The position numbers and the translations under genes are program-made. A stretch of DNA of 55,810 bases, from IMG/VR virus record IMGVR_UViG_3300042475_004921, positions 1 through 55,810 of that record; one strand, 5' to 3'. How positions within the stretch are numbered: the first letter of the stretch is position 1; each line of letters begins with the position of its first letter. The notes under the pieces were generated by a model. It worked only from the letters and a program-made list of their open reading frames with translations. It was not told where the DNA came from and made no database searches. This document shows positions 49,001-55,810 of the stretch, one piece after another. Source of the DNA: a virus. Its lineage: Duplodnaviria > Caudoviricetes.

Positions 49001-50665
49001 ATTAATCCCCCGCGCATTAACTTCCAAAGGTTCTTGAAAATAGCTCGGAATAGACGGCGCGGAAACGTAATAGTTTTCGGATGAATCTACATATACATTT
49101 TGAACATTCGCCTGATAATTGCCAACATCTGGAAAATCTGTGGTTAAAGCTCTCGCTATTTTCCTCTCAATATAATCAATATTTGAGAAAACTAGTTCAC
49201 CTTGCCCCTGAACGATAAATGTATTGAAATTTATTTTAGAATAGATTGAGGTTTGCACACTCGCCCCATTTTTATAGAAAATTTTGATTATATCACCAAC
49301 ATTTAGGGAATTCACATCAATTGTTTTAAACTCATACTGGCTCGTCAGTGAGTCTAATAGCCGTATTGATTCTAAAATGTAGCAGTTCGGAATATTGTAT
49401 AACCAATTTTTTGAGCGAATATCATTACTAAATTTTCCTAAAGATTTTGGCCTTATATTATCCCCCACATTTATTTGGTAAGCATTAAAGCTTTCCTCAA
49501 AATCGCCAATAACACCAGTTACACGAACACTCACAATATCTGATGTATTCTGGCCGCTATAACCGTAGGCAAAAGCATTTACCGCAACTGTATCACCAGC
49601 ATTTAGATCAAGTAGAATGCCGGAACAGCCAAAAAATTGGTTTATAGATTTTGAGCTGTAGTTTATAATAGAATTATCACTCGATAACAAAGAACCCGAG
49701 TGTGGAAATCCAACTGTAGAATCTACATCTAAAGTCGTGGCACCAATGAGTGCTGAACTTGTCAGTTGAGTTTTAGGATGAACCGAAAATTCTCCAATTT
49801 CATTCGTATTTCGATTAAAATCATAATCTAGACTAATAATATAGTAGGTCTTACCACCACGATTTATTTTTTCTACTTTACTAATTGACCCTGTAGCTTT
49901 ACTGTAATTTTCTGTTTCATCCTGAAATAAAGTTCTGTTCTCCAGAAGAGACGGGTCACCAAATATAGGCTCAACAACTAAATCTTTTGATACTCTATAT
50001 TCGGCATCGGATGGTGTGAAAAGATATTCTCTTGGCTTTATTACTTTTACTGGTTCCCCATAAAGAGCCCCAAATAGTATCTCAAACGCCCGAGCTGTAC
50101 CCTTGGAGGCATAGAAATCTTTTGACCTTTGAATGAAAGTTGTTTGGTTTAATTCATCTGTAAATTCTCGTCCTTCAAAACCTGGAATGAGCTGTTTCTT
50201 TAGCTTTTCTAGGAATTTATTAAGGAAAAGAACACTAAGATTTTCTACAATAGTATTGCGCAAATGGCCAGCGGATTCTGATGTTGAAAATTCTAAATCA
50301 TAGTTCGATGCGCCACAAAATCCTCTTACACAATCAACAAAAGTCGTATCAGTTTTTGAATTATATGTAATAATTTCGGAATCAATCTTTAACAGGCCAT
50401 ATGAATCTGGAAATCCTTTAGTTGAGGTTACTGTAATATCAGTATCGATAAATGAAATGTCTGTACCTAAGACTGTTGACTGTATATTGTTTGTTAGATT
50501 TTCTAATTTCGTATATTGATCAATATTGGGAATTAAATCAAACGGCCCTCCTTTATATTCACCAGAAACAAAATATTGCCGTATAAACTCCACCAATAGT
50601 GGCGATTCCTCTCTTAGAAAAGATGGAATTTGGCTTTCAACTACAGAGCTTATTTTAACTTTCAT
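40028..50665 (-). CDS. gp7: Baseplate wedge initiator, giant gp7-like protein (3545 aa)
   Basis: Q.PSFL, KDFYASKGT..FEILF..LYGE, HSPILGWAYDGNPIYGPYGY, DLDEHNGR...TPEFPNGTYAYF, IQDS.YYQ.F.Y, H.AGFKKF; lies between gp6 and gp8. Confidence 0.85.
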   Translation of the reverse strand: MKVKISSVVESQIPSFLREESPLLVEFIRQYFVSGEYKGGPFDLIPNIDQYTKLENLTNNIQSTVLGTDISFIDTDITVTSTKGFPDSYGLLKIDSEIITYNSKTDTTFVDCVRGFCGASNYDLEFSTSESAGHLRNTIVENLSVLFLNKFLEKLKKQLIPGFEGREFTDELNQTTFIQRSKDFYASKGTARAFEILFGALYGEPVKVIKPREYLFTPSDAEYRVSKDLVVEPIFGDPSLLENRTLFQDETENYSKATGSISKVEKINRGGKTYYIISLDYDFNRNTNEIGEFSVHPKTQLTSSALIGATTLDVDSTVGFPHSGSLLSSDNSIINYSSKSINQFFGCSGILLDLNAGDTVAVNAFAYGYSGQNTSDIVSVRVTGVIGDFEESFNAYQINVGDNIRPKSLGKFSNDIRSKNWLYNIPNCYILESIRLLDSLTSQYEFKTIDVNSLNVGDIIKIFYKNGASVQTSIYSKINFNTFIVQGQGELVFSNIDYIERKIARALTTDFPDVGNYQANVQNVYVDSSENYYVSAPSIPSYFQEPLEVNARGINLNGTFDGTVINYTNHGFYTGDVVVYNYTSNNLGIAKGIYYTKRVTKDSFSLATSRTNLKAGVFISVRGTVTNNTLSYNDFSGKTLNHQKLFRKIAKPIPTVSPTPTPVGNTGILNNGVEILNYKSQDAVFYGPIDSIVVISPGSDYDVINPPLIEITDETGSGALVNCEVTGSLKEIRILNPGLNFNSEPSITISGGNGKNARARAEISLFEHSAIFESTSIINNVIGFTTFHGFNHAEKVIFKPDGLTKVSGVTTNSQYFTSNVDAQSIKLHKNYSDAISGINTINLTPSGIANHRIVSALPKTKVSSVNVVDPGEGYKNRKVSVDYRGISIETNIINKKGHNFKSGELIIYEGYTNIPISGLTTNRSYYVTALNDSSFKLSEVAPTVPDHYFKTGQFVTLTNSGNGTHYFNYEPIIVNIDGISGIGTYFSAKIQPIFRGEITSVLVENGGEKYGQEDILNYNRQPTVNVKSGESAQLQAIVNGGKITQVLVINSGVGYNSPPDITVVGSGRGARLTPIIENGELKDVKIINSGYDYDSRNTYLTVTPAGYDAKIRANIKRWTVNNVERLFHTNKIVDDDGIITKSINSDYGLQYTHGYAPRKLREILSATKYIAGNLTYQPDLQFVNGTERVSDSHSPILGWAYDGNPIYGPYGYETQTGGAVKCIESSYQLLLDENRPNLTLYPQGFFVDDYKFRNTGDLDEHNGRYCVTPEFPNGTYAYFSTISKNTYETVGAFANYFKPTFPYFIGNTYHSKVIDFNFIYSSNQDLINLNTTGWLRNVTPFTLNSKNSFYKYLIQPFSQYEQTSTITSILPGSVEGVIVYDGGNKYKIGDKLLFNSGISGGINAAAEVSSLSGKNVSAISVASTSYYDVEFTPNAQYGIIGFCKEPHLFQNNDVVGISNLNHNQTQLQNVFRVSVEGQKFILNANLDAPFFTGNITYLNLYGNLNYPNIRENDILQIKDEKIKVLNVDRKSSRLLVERQYAGTLGTSHIAGTEIVELPRKFFIPIGGHGFTNSAINKEIYFNPSESVGVGIGTTIFFSNPGVGPTSIFVPTRTIYIPEHALTTGEKLIYKNNGGTPFSVTSGPLTYPLADGSILYVVAYSGDFVGLSTEKVGVGSTGNYVGYNTTSAAKILYYNSTGSGNKHSLLTSYDSTRAQVDKNLVSVFTESVSGLAPNDQIIVDVQPQDDQIIKVSYNKETQRLLLNPRTFASMDVVDNFITVKNHRYYTGKKLIYTSNSPTIGLENNGIYYAIVINSDKIGLSRSYYGAVVSNEFVELNGNSPGAVSEINPSIDVIGGNSVIFDLSDSSLSEFNGFETVPSFDFDVFTDDNFSNKFYTTYETSNFNLTKSGKIGIDPTANVTLKNDGNLPNELYYNVISKTDKAVYTDREYNNNYNKINFTESYYSGSYVVSGVGTTAFSYTIPNIPEKSSYNGNVKYITNSSNATGPIDKITVTSGGGGYQFLPGISSVTTKNGSNAILEVVSSSIGRINSVKINDIGYDYPADLSLSPLTQTPLVLKVNPQTTLKHVGIASQGKNYIFPPSLVLLDGLTLKKVPDVDLRYELGDSEVTIFKNSKGINNVYPIIIPTNNSNGIQINSIAYNFITKNVTVFLYQGYSNLSDFPFAVGDKVLIENVAIIADPGAKGYNSSSYDYSRFTITQINPNIGGANGSITYSLADKLTAGEYPGVFNTSVFSGTVVPEKFFPQFTIDLTKNSFLKDEIVTSNNFSGIVQFWNEENEFLTLSSTDDLYPGASILGADSLSLGTVSKIYNFKSKYITNSSSIVKKGWNTERGFFDNEFQRIQDSNYYQSFAYSLKSTIDYETWNNPVSSLTHIAGFKKFGDFIIESTPSSGIKTEQNDSLFNLNISSISEVDLNAIVDYDLGTENNFKVGANLASNQIYFKNKILQDYSLVVGNRVLVIDDISPKFDGITSQFDLTSRNDDIFLRKFDGSSQSIVDIQNNSIKIPNHYFTDGEKVTYSYIGSPIGIQSTNIAGIGITDKLPPTLYVVKYSESEIALAITAENAIKSKPIPLILSSVGIGSTHIIKSTNQNSKAIITLGGIIQAPIAATATSTTINSSVGISVTTFSFRGIGDFASGDYVKIDDEIVKVISVGIASTNSVGVNRAWVGTNAAAHAANSTVYKIQGNYNIVDNTIHFVEPPKGPSPMGTVGGSPEDVDYVGITSFLNFNGRVFMRNGIKNTSNDAYYTNFVLDDISSGFNGISSSFTLKSNFQNITGIATDTGSILINEVFQVPSELSGFNRAYNSYTISQTAGISSIRFLGAPTTQVNDVNGSGLPIGGVIVSIGYSRGYGLQPLVSAGGTANVSLAGTITSITVNNQGSGYRSGLQTVMVSAYSPTSGLSTFQNVGIASVLNGNVVSVNLINPGAGFTFTNPPTIKFDAPLPYVNIPLLSSGIGTGARANLTVGINSSVVDVEIVNRGFGYKKGDILTVAIGGTVGIPSTLIPPPLAGPQYSDFKILVDEIYNNEFSGWSFGQLQLIDPIESLFDGNRRSFPLKIDNELRSIRTGYSSLIDINNIFLVFINGILQVPGDSYSITGSSFITFSEPPRENYSCAILFYRGSGSNDVIDVDVVETVKPGDLVRLEDDFYYAETDRLVSGVPSSDTVNTITYTGVGVTEDESYTRPIRWRKQTEDLFINQTEVTKNREIYEDIIEPSTNILKSVGINTNILFVENVRTIFDDERENTVQDYRNELRIISQDEVRVAIATVTVSNSGSIVSATILDGGKGYITPPTISFPIPVGFTTASRAYATTFISSGSISSITINSPGAGYTFTSPPQVMFEHPKNIFVDVTTSSYEGDFGLISGVGTSSVGIATTALIFDLFIPQDSFLRNSNIVGTAIPVSGIQTGYYFVVKNSHLGNGTVSLDETGALISTGTTYLDNVYKVLSVSIASTVVSGIGTTSIARVITPVQNNNIGIALTNFYGTYSWGKITIPDGVSSDKFTVYNNGISGINTSPIIKRINPLKYKNYT

Positions 50666-50668
50666 TTT

Positions 50669-52567
50669 TTATCGCGTTGATGTTCCATTTAGATAACTTG
50701 AAGATGTAATGAAGCTTGAACCCGATATATCACCACCTGAGGATATATCATCTGTAACCATATTTATCGTAGAATAATTGAGATCCATTTGGAGATATAA
50801 GTCTTGTAGTCCTATTACATCGTTTGATTTTGGAATTACTGAAATTTCAATGACATTATTTTTAACGGTTGATAAAATATTTATTGAACTTATTTTAATC
50901 TCTCCTGATGTGTAATCAATGGTCCCGACATTATTTCTGATTATAATGGGTGCATCTTTATTGGTGAATAGAAATAATGTACCGGTATATTCATCCGAGG
51001 GCCTATCTGATATGTAAACGGTGTCAGAAATTCCACTGACATTAAATCCAGATGACTTTATGTTGTAACCATTGATATTTTTAATGTGAAATGAATTACC
51101 GAAACAAGTTTCATAAATCGCAAAGGTATTCAAAACTACTCTTACATCTCTTCTCAATTGAATTTTTGTTATATTTGAGGTTATAGAAGCATGGCTGTCA
51201 TCAATCAGTTTTTGAAATCTGCTATACTTAAATCTAGCCCCAAAACTGTTCAGGTCATAAGATTTCGAATATTTTTGTATATTGTCCGTCACTATGCTCT
51301 TAACATAATCTGGTGATGGGGCAAGATTTGGATTGTAATATACGTTACTGAAGACTTCAATGAAAAGGTATTTAAGATCAATAATTTCGGGAACTATTCC
51401 GCTTACCGTGTAAAGCTTTAACTTTTTTTTGAGATTATCTTTAATGCTATTTGGAACGAAATTACCATAAAATGGTTTGATTGTGATGAACACTTTACCA
51501 TATTGGGGCGGGGATAAAGTCTCACCACCATAAGCGGTTACACTTTCTGTTTCTGGATAAATTCGCGGAATGATTGATTCATAATCCTCAGACGTTACAC
51601 ACCGTCCTTGAGCCGCATAGTTTTTAGGTGCGAGTTTTTTAATTGAATTAATAGATTCAATTTCCTTGCCGCCACTTGATGCAATGTTGGTAGTAATTAC
51701 AGAAACACCAGATGACACAGATATGTTGTTATTATCTACAAGTCGCCCAATAAATGAAAAAGAAGATACCCCATTAGCATTAGACTCATTAGTAGTAACA
51801 TATGAAACCTCAATATAATTCTGATTGTTTAGAGCAACCCCAAATATGCCATCACCAAAAATAAGTTCATATCTTTGGTCTTCAATTTCTTGAATGAAAA
51901 ATATCTTTGAGTTAGAATTTACATTAAAAAGATTATCCGCAACGGTAAACTTATTTGAGGTCGTTGTAGAGATACTATTCCTTACAGTTACTCTTATAGT
52001 TGAAGTATCAATTTTTGGATTATCTAAAATATATCTTTGCGGAGGTGCAGGATTCAAAGAATCAACGGTAAAGCTATTAATTACGAATGAGCCTTCAATA
52101 ATCTCAATTGAATCAAAAAGAGCAATATCATTTACAACCGGTACGGTTATGTCGTTTGCAATAGAAAAGGTATAAGATTCGTTGCCAAATGCCAGAGATG
52201 AACAAACAAGGCCCTTTTTCAGTGTCAGTGAGATAGGTTTAGAGGAAAAAGAAGAAGTGTCAACGAAAAAAGAAATATTAGCCCGTGCTGCAGTAGAACT
52301 CCTCGGCAAGTAGCCGATTTCTCTGGCGGCGGAAACGACATTTTCTCTTAAAGTCGCACTATCAAGAAATGCCTCATTGGAAAGCATATTTCCAATAAAG
52401 GCATTTGTGTAGGTATTATATGCAAGAACGTCTATAATTACCGATAGATTTGAGCCTTCAAAATCATAATCAGTAAAGTTTGAATTGGACCTTAGATACT
52501 CTTTTAGAGCTATCCTAATTTGGTCATAATCTAATGTGGTGAAATTGACTATGGGTGATGTAGCCAT
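50669..52567 (-). CDS. gp6: Baseplate wedge subunit
   Basis: LDYDQI, FTDYDFEGSNLS, LAYNTY, FLDSATLRENVVS, FGDG, QGRCVT.EDY, PPQYGKVFI. Confidence 0.96.
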   Translation of the reverse strand: MATSPIVNFTTLDYDQIRIALKEYLRSNSNFTDYDFEGSNLSVIIDVLAYNTYTNAFIGNMLSNEAFLDSATLRENVVSAAREIGYLPRSSTAARANISFFVDTSSFSSKPISLTLKKGLVCSSLAFGNESYTFSIANDITVPVVNDIALFDSIEIIEGSFVINSFTVDSLNPAPPQRYILDNPKIDTSTIRVTVRNSISTTTSNKFTVADNLFNVNSNSKIFFIQEIEDQRYELIFGDGIFGVALNNQNYIEVSYVTTNESNANGVSSFSFIGRLVDNNNISVSSGVSVITTNIASSGGKEIESINSIKKLAPKNYAAQGRCVTSEDYESIIPRIYPETESVTAYGGETLSPPQYGKVFITIKPFYGNFVPNSIKDNLKKKLKLYTVSGIVPEIIDLKYLFIEVFSNVYYNPNLAPSPDYVKSIVTDNIQKYSKSYDLNSFGARFKYSRFQKLIDDSHASITSNITKIQLRRDVRVVLNTFAIYETCFGNSFHIKNINGYNIKSSGFNVSGISDTVYISDRPSDEYTGTLFLFTNKDAPIIIRNNVGTIDYTSGEIKISSINILSTVKNNVIEISVIPKSNDVIGLQDLYLQMDLNYSTINMVTDDISSGGDISGSSFITSSSYLNGTSTR

Positions 52568-52968
52568 TAACGTGTTGGTTGAAGAGCAAAGGTTAATTGT
52601 TGAGGCTGGGCATCAATTCCGATAATATCATATCTTATGACAACATCGTAGGCATTTTCATCATAATTAGGATTTACGTCAACAGATGATAATGATACTC
52701 TAGGCTCATAGTTTCTTATCGTATTATCAATTTCACTTTGAATATTAGAAGCAGTAGATTCGGTTAGGTTTTCAAATAAGCTTCTAGAAACACTACATCC
52801 AAGATTACTTTGAAAAAATCTCTCACCCTGTAGTGTATATACTAGATTACGAATAGAGCGAGATATTGCCGTTTCATTTTTTAGGACAATAAGATCGAAT
52901 GTTAAAGGGCTAACCTTAAAGGAAGAAGAAATGTCTTTAAAAGATTGGCTTTTTCGCTCTACTGCCAT
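52567..52968 (-). CDS. gp25: Baseplate wedge subunit / sheath initiator
   Basis: FKDIS.SF, AI.RSIRNLV.T..GERFF, LFE, I.NYEPRV. Confidence 0.95.
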   Translation of the reverse strand: MAVERKSQSFKDISSSFKVSPLTFDLIVLKNETAISRSIRNLVYTLQGERFFQSNLGCSVSRSLFENLTESTASNIQSEIDNTIRNYEPRVSLSSVDVNPNYDENAYDVVIRYDIIGIDAQPQQLTFALQPTR

Positions 52969-52997
52969 TATTATAAAGTAATCATTATATCTATTTA

Positions 52998-53123
52998 TTA
53001 GCCCAATAAAACTTTTTCTTTATCTTTAGTTTCACTGCGTTCAAATAACTCTGTTTCTTCTTCTAGAGAAGATTCCATGAATTCTTCACTGTCTACTTCT
53101 CGGATTAATTTTAGTTGTTCCAT
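52998..53123 (-). CDS. Small acidic protein, 41 aa (not in ORF track)
   Basis: MEQLKLIREVDSEEFMESSLEEETELFERSETKDKEKVLLG; late promoter 22 nt upstream. Confidence 0.6.
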   Translation of the reverse strand: MEQLKLIREVDSEEFMESSLEEETELFERSETKDKEKVLLG

Positions 53124-53145
53124 TGTAATGTCTATTGACTGATCC

Positions 53146-53159
53146 TATTTAGCTAAATA
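53146..53159. promoter_or_regulatory. Back-to-back late promoters forming the palindrome TATTTAGCTAAATA
   Basis: CTAAATA on both strands, 22 nt from ATG 53123 (-) and 21 nt from ATG 53181 (+). Confidence 0.75.
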
Positions 53160-53180
53160 ATGTTACATTGATGAACTAAA

Positions 53181-53648
53181 ATGGAAAGCGTAGATTTTAA
53201 GGGTTTGTATGAATCTTATAGAAGTGTTTATACTGAAGAAGTAGAGGAGCTTGATGAGATGAAAGAGGGCTATACCGATCCAAAATTCAATAGAAAAGAA
53301 TATTTAGCCAAACTCTCAAAACGGGGTGGCATGGGGATGGGCACGAAAGAAGATCCTCATGGTTATAGAGACCCTAAAATGGCTAAAGTTGGTGCAGAAT
53401 TTGTAAAAAGGACAACTGCACGATCCAAGTCAAAAAAGTCTGGAGAGCCCGATGAATATAAAACTGAAAAGGAATCGCAATCAAAACTGAGATCTACCAA
53501 TGAATCCACCGATCTATATGATCTAGTTCTAGAATATCTTCTTGATGAGGGTCTTTGTGAATCCGTTGAAAATGCCGAGATTATGATGGCTCATATGAGC
53601 GAGAGTTGGGTTGATGCTATTGTTGAAGACTATAAATCCGCTAAATGA
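53181..53648 (+). CDS. Charged protein, candidate internal head protein
   Basis: LYESY.SVY.EE N-terminus, basic middle, C-terminal DLYDLVLEYLLDEG...AE.MM..MSE.W module. Confidence 0.7.
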   Translation: MESVDFKGLYESYRSVYTEEVEELDEMKEGYTDPKFNRKEYLAKLSKRGGMGMGTKEDPHGYRDPKMAKVGAEFVKRTTARSKSKKSGEPDEYKTEKESQSKLRSTNESTDLYDLVLEYLLDEGLCESVENAEIMMAHMSESWVDAIVEDYKSAK

Positions 53649-53693
53649 ATTAAAAAGTAAAAGCCCCCAAATCGGGGGCTTTTACTTTTTAAT
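53649..53693. terminator. Bidirectional rho-independent terminator
   Basis: Perfect 20-bp inverted repeat ATTAAAAAGTAAAAGCCCCC-AAATC-GGGGGCTTTTACTTTTTAAT between convergent genes. Confidence 0.9.
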
Positions 53694-53694
53694 G

Positions 53695-53829
53695 TCAACC
53701 TTGCCCGCGATAACGCTTTCGGGCCTTATTTGAGCTAGTAGAAGCATATTTTGTATGCTTTCCATCGCCCTGTCTAGACTTCTTTGGTCTAGATTGAATG
53801 TCGCTTGAACTCTTTGTCTTTGCTGCCAT
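53695..53829 (-). CDS. Small basic protein, 44 aa (not in ORF track)
   Basis: MAAKTKSSSDIQSRPKKSRQGDGKHTKYASTSSNKARKRYRGQG; AGGAG upstream; the KRYRGQG ending is one I recognise from cyanomyophages. Confidence 0.8.
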   Translation of the reverse strand: MAAKTKSSSDIQSRPKKSRQGDGKHTKYASTSSNKARKRYRGQG

Positions 53830-53840
53830 GGTTTTTTCTC

Positions 53841-53981
53841 CTAAACGTAATTAAAATCTACTTTGTCTTCATCAATTTCGCCTTTATAGGCTTTTTCGGC
53901 TAATTCAACTAGTATAACAAGAGATTCCTCTTCAGATACCTGTTTGTGAATTACCTTACCGTCGTATAGAATGTTAATCAT
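53841..53981 (-). CDS. Small acidic protein, 46 aa (not in ORF track)
   Basis: MINILYDGKVIHKQVSEEESLVILVELAEKAYKGEIDEDKVDFNYV; 2 nt after the upstream stop. Confidence 0.7.
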   Translation of the reverse strand: MINILYDGKVIHKQVSEEESLVILVELAEKAYKGEIDEDKVDFNYV

Positions 53982-53983
53982 TT

Positions 53984-54820
53984 TTAAATTGCGAAAGTCT
54001 TTTCGTGGCCAACTCTAATTCGTGGATCTACCCACACTGGAATCCCTTTTTCTTTTGCGGTCAAGCAGAAGCCAACATCTTCACCGCAATAATCAACAAT
54101 CTCACCATTATTAAAGGTCTGGAGCAACGGCGGCCACCAGGGATATTCCATACTCTCAAATACACCCTTTTGAACCATCAGCCAACCACCACCAACATAA
54201 TCACAAGTAAATGGCTTCTTGCGCGATAGCATAGTTTCAATCTTTTCCATATTCATCATTCCTTTGTTCTTGACAAATTCATCGGATTCCAACCAAAATG
54301 CACATGCGGTATGTTCGCGGTCTTCGGTTGAATACCAACCAGATGCAATAGCCCTAGTCTTAGATTGATCAATATGTTGATGTAATCCTAGTAGTTTACC
54401 TTCATCATCTCGCACCTCATCGTATGTAACCGCCTCATCCGGGAGAGCAAGATCACATAATTGCCAAAAATTCTCTGGAGTGAATGCAATATCGCTATCA
54501 ATCCACATTTGATAATCATATTCTATTTGGCCCTGCCAAGGAACCTGATGTGGGCCGGCTAGTACATTAGCCCCGAGAACCTTACATCGGGCAAAATTTA
54601 CCATACTGCTATAATCTTGTTGAATATGCAATTGCATATTATTCTGGGCAATTTGAAAACACAACTGCACGAAATTTTTTAGAAAGTTATAAGAGCAACC
54701 TCTTCCAGGTAGACATAAAACTATAGATTTACCCTGCATCTTTTGCTTGATTTTATTATAATCCCATTCAGGCTCAGCAACTGTTGGTTGCCTCTCCTTA
54801 ATTTGAAACCCCTTTGCCAT
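53984..54820 (-). CDS. GT-A fold glycosyltransferase-like protein; start reassigned to ATG 54820
   Basis: MAKGF start, CLPGRG, DYSSMVNFARCK.LGA, MWIDSDI (DxD), GEDVGFC, DPRIRVGHEK. Confidence 0.8.
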   Translation of the reverse strand: MAKGFQIKERQPTVAEPEWDYNKIKQKMQGKSIVLCLPGRGCSYNFLKNFVQLCFQIAQNNMQLHIQQDYSSMVNFARCKVLGANVLAGPHQVPWQGQIEYDYQMWIDSDIAFTPENFWQLCDLALPDEAVTYDEVRDDEGKLLGLHQHIDQSKTRAIASGWYSTEDREHTACAFWLESDEFVKNKGMMNMEKIETMLSRKKPFTCDYVGGGWLMVQKGVFESMEYPWWPPLLQTFNNGEIVDYCGEDVGFCLTAKEKGIPVWVDPRIRVGHEKTFAI

Positions 54821-54867
54821 ATTGTTTGCTTTTGCAATAATGCGTCCTATATAGGTGCTCTTCAAAC

Positions 54868-54874
54868 ATAAATA
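54868..54874 (+). promoter_or_regulatory. Late promoter (ATAAATA) for the 54899 gene
   Basis: Motif 24 nt upstream of ATG 54899. Confidence 0.55.
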
Positions 54875-54898
54875 ATTTGAAGAACGTAGAGTAAATGA

Positions 54899-55174
54899 AT
54901 GTCTATTGATACTGCCGAACTGAAGAAGCTCATTGCAAAGAAGTCCGCTAAATTGAGTAAACCACCAGCTCACGGAAAGACAAATAGAACCCAAACAGAT
55001 GAGGCTGAAAGAGAATTTAAGAGTGAACGTGATAAGTTAATGAAAGAATACAAAGAAATCGTTGCAGATATTTTATTCAATGAGGGTTTTGTTGATTCTC
55101 AGGAATCTTTGAATGTGATTCTTAATGTTATGAGCGAGAGTTTTATTGAAAACTTAGCCAGGAATTCTAAATGA
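54899..55174 (+). CDS. Small charged protein sharing its C-terminal module with 53181..53648
   Basis: EIVADILFNEGFVDSQESLNVILNVMSESFIE aligns with DLVLEYLLDEGLCESVENAEIMMAHMSESWVD. Confidence 0.7.
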   Translation: MSIDTAELKKLIAKKSAKLSKPPAHGKTNRTQTDEAEREFKSERDKLMKEYKEIVADILFNEGFVDSQESLNVILNVMSESFIENLARNSK

Positions 55175-55809
55175 AAACTTTTGATGAATTTATCAATGAA
55201 GCTAAGCACGGAGCGAGTAGTTCAAGAGAAAGAAGGCAACAAAGGGGTGAAAATCTTTCAAAAATTCTAAAGAGAAGAATGGGGACTAGGGCCAAAATCC
55301 GGGGTGGAAGTGATGAACATATTCACACAACTTCTGATCCAGATGATGTCTCAATAGAGATTAGAAAATATAAAAATCCCGCGCATTATGCGGCAGGAGA
55401 AACTCCAAAAGTCAATACTATTAATGGTAAAAACGTAGTCGTTAAAAATTCGGAAAGAGCATTTAGGGCAAATCAACTAAGAAAGCAAGTAACCAAGAAT
55501 CGTAGAAACCCAAAGGGCGCAGTATTTACCACTGATATTGTTCCAAATTTAGAAAGAGGTCACGGGGATTTTGAGAATATCAAAAAGAGAACTCAAAATC
55601 TCAAAAAGGCTGTTGAAAATGTTCCAAGAGAAATTAAAAAGGCCGGGGCAAAGTCTGGTGATGTTGTTATTGGAAAACCTGGACAAACTCAAAGTGGTGG
55701 TCCAGAAAAAGCCGGAAGAAATTCCAGAGCTAAGTTATATAAAAAGCTACTTCCCAATGCCAGTAAAATGAGCCCCGTTACAAATCGTATGATGGGTAAA
55801 GTAGAATGA
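55171..55809 (+). CDS. Basic protein with T4 internal-protein capsid-targeting-like N-terminus
   Basis: MKTFDEFINEA resembles the T4 IP leader MKTYQEFIAE; K/R-rich body. Confidence 0.7.
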   Translation: MKTFDEFINEAKHGASSSRERRQQRGENLSKILKRRMGTRAKIRGGSDEHIHTTSDPDDVSIEIRKYKNPAHYAAGETPKVNTINGKNVVVKNSERAFRANQLRKQVTKNRRNPKGAVFTTDIVPNLERGHGDFENIKKRTQNLKKAVENVPREIKKAGAKSGDVVIGKPGQTQSGGPEKAGRNSRAKLYKKLLPNASKMSPVTNRMMGKVE

Positions 55810-55810
55810 A

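Noticed and set aside
20410-52968. Bacterial contractile injection system or tailocin
   Set aside because: Capsid, portal, protease and terminase genes are all present, so this is a complete T4-like phage module
54821-54994. N-terminal extension of the second glycosyltransferase-like ORF
   Set aside because: Antisense to 54899..55174; MAKGF at 54820 is the more plausible start
1-55810. tRNA, rRNA, CRISPR array, group I intron or stop-codon reassignment
   Set aside because: Intergenic gaps are almost all under 60 nt, core genes are uninterrupted in the standard code, and TAA, TAG and TGA all serve as stops

Overview
The window is the virion morphogenesis region of a large T4-like myovirus whose sequence style points to a cyanomyophage. 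On the minus strand it runs gp25-gp6-gp7-gp8-(VrlC/DUF4815-like protein split in two)-gp13-gp14-gp15-gp16-(modular 510-aa protein)-gp17-gp18-gp19-gp20-gp67-like-[~8.7 kb insert]-gp21-gp22-gp23, punctuated by T4-type late promoters (TAAATA core). The main non-core elements are: (1) a seven-gene insert between the gp67-like gene and gp21, ending in three tightly linked, partly GC-rich, mutually related beta-rich proteins (candidate horizontally acquired head-fibre/appendage system); (2) a LAGLIDADG intein with the class-3 W-C-T signature but a Ser at position 1, inserted in the terminase Walker A motif; (3) two free-standing endonuclease genes converging on gp23, one Hef-like with a GNAT/Mom-like tail and one GIY-YIG/NUMOD3 gene broken by a single-base frameshift; (4) glycosyltransferase-like genes on both flanks, an ATP-grasp gene, candidate internal head proteins and several small ORFs missing from the ORF track. 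All family assignments come from motif recognition by eye, not from database searches. No tRNA, rRNA or CRISPR array was seen.
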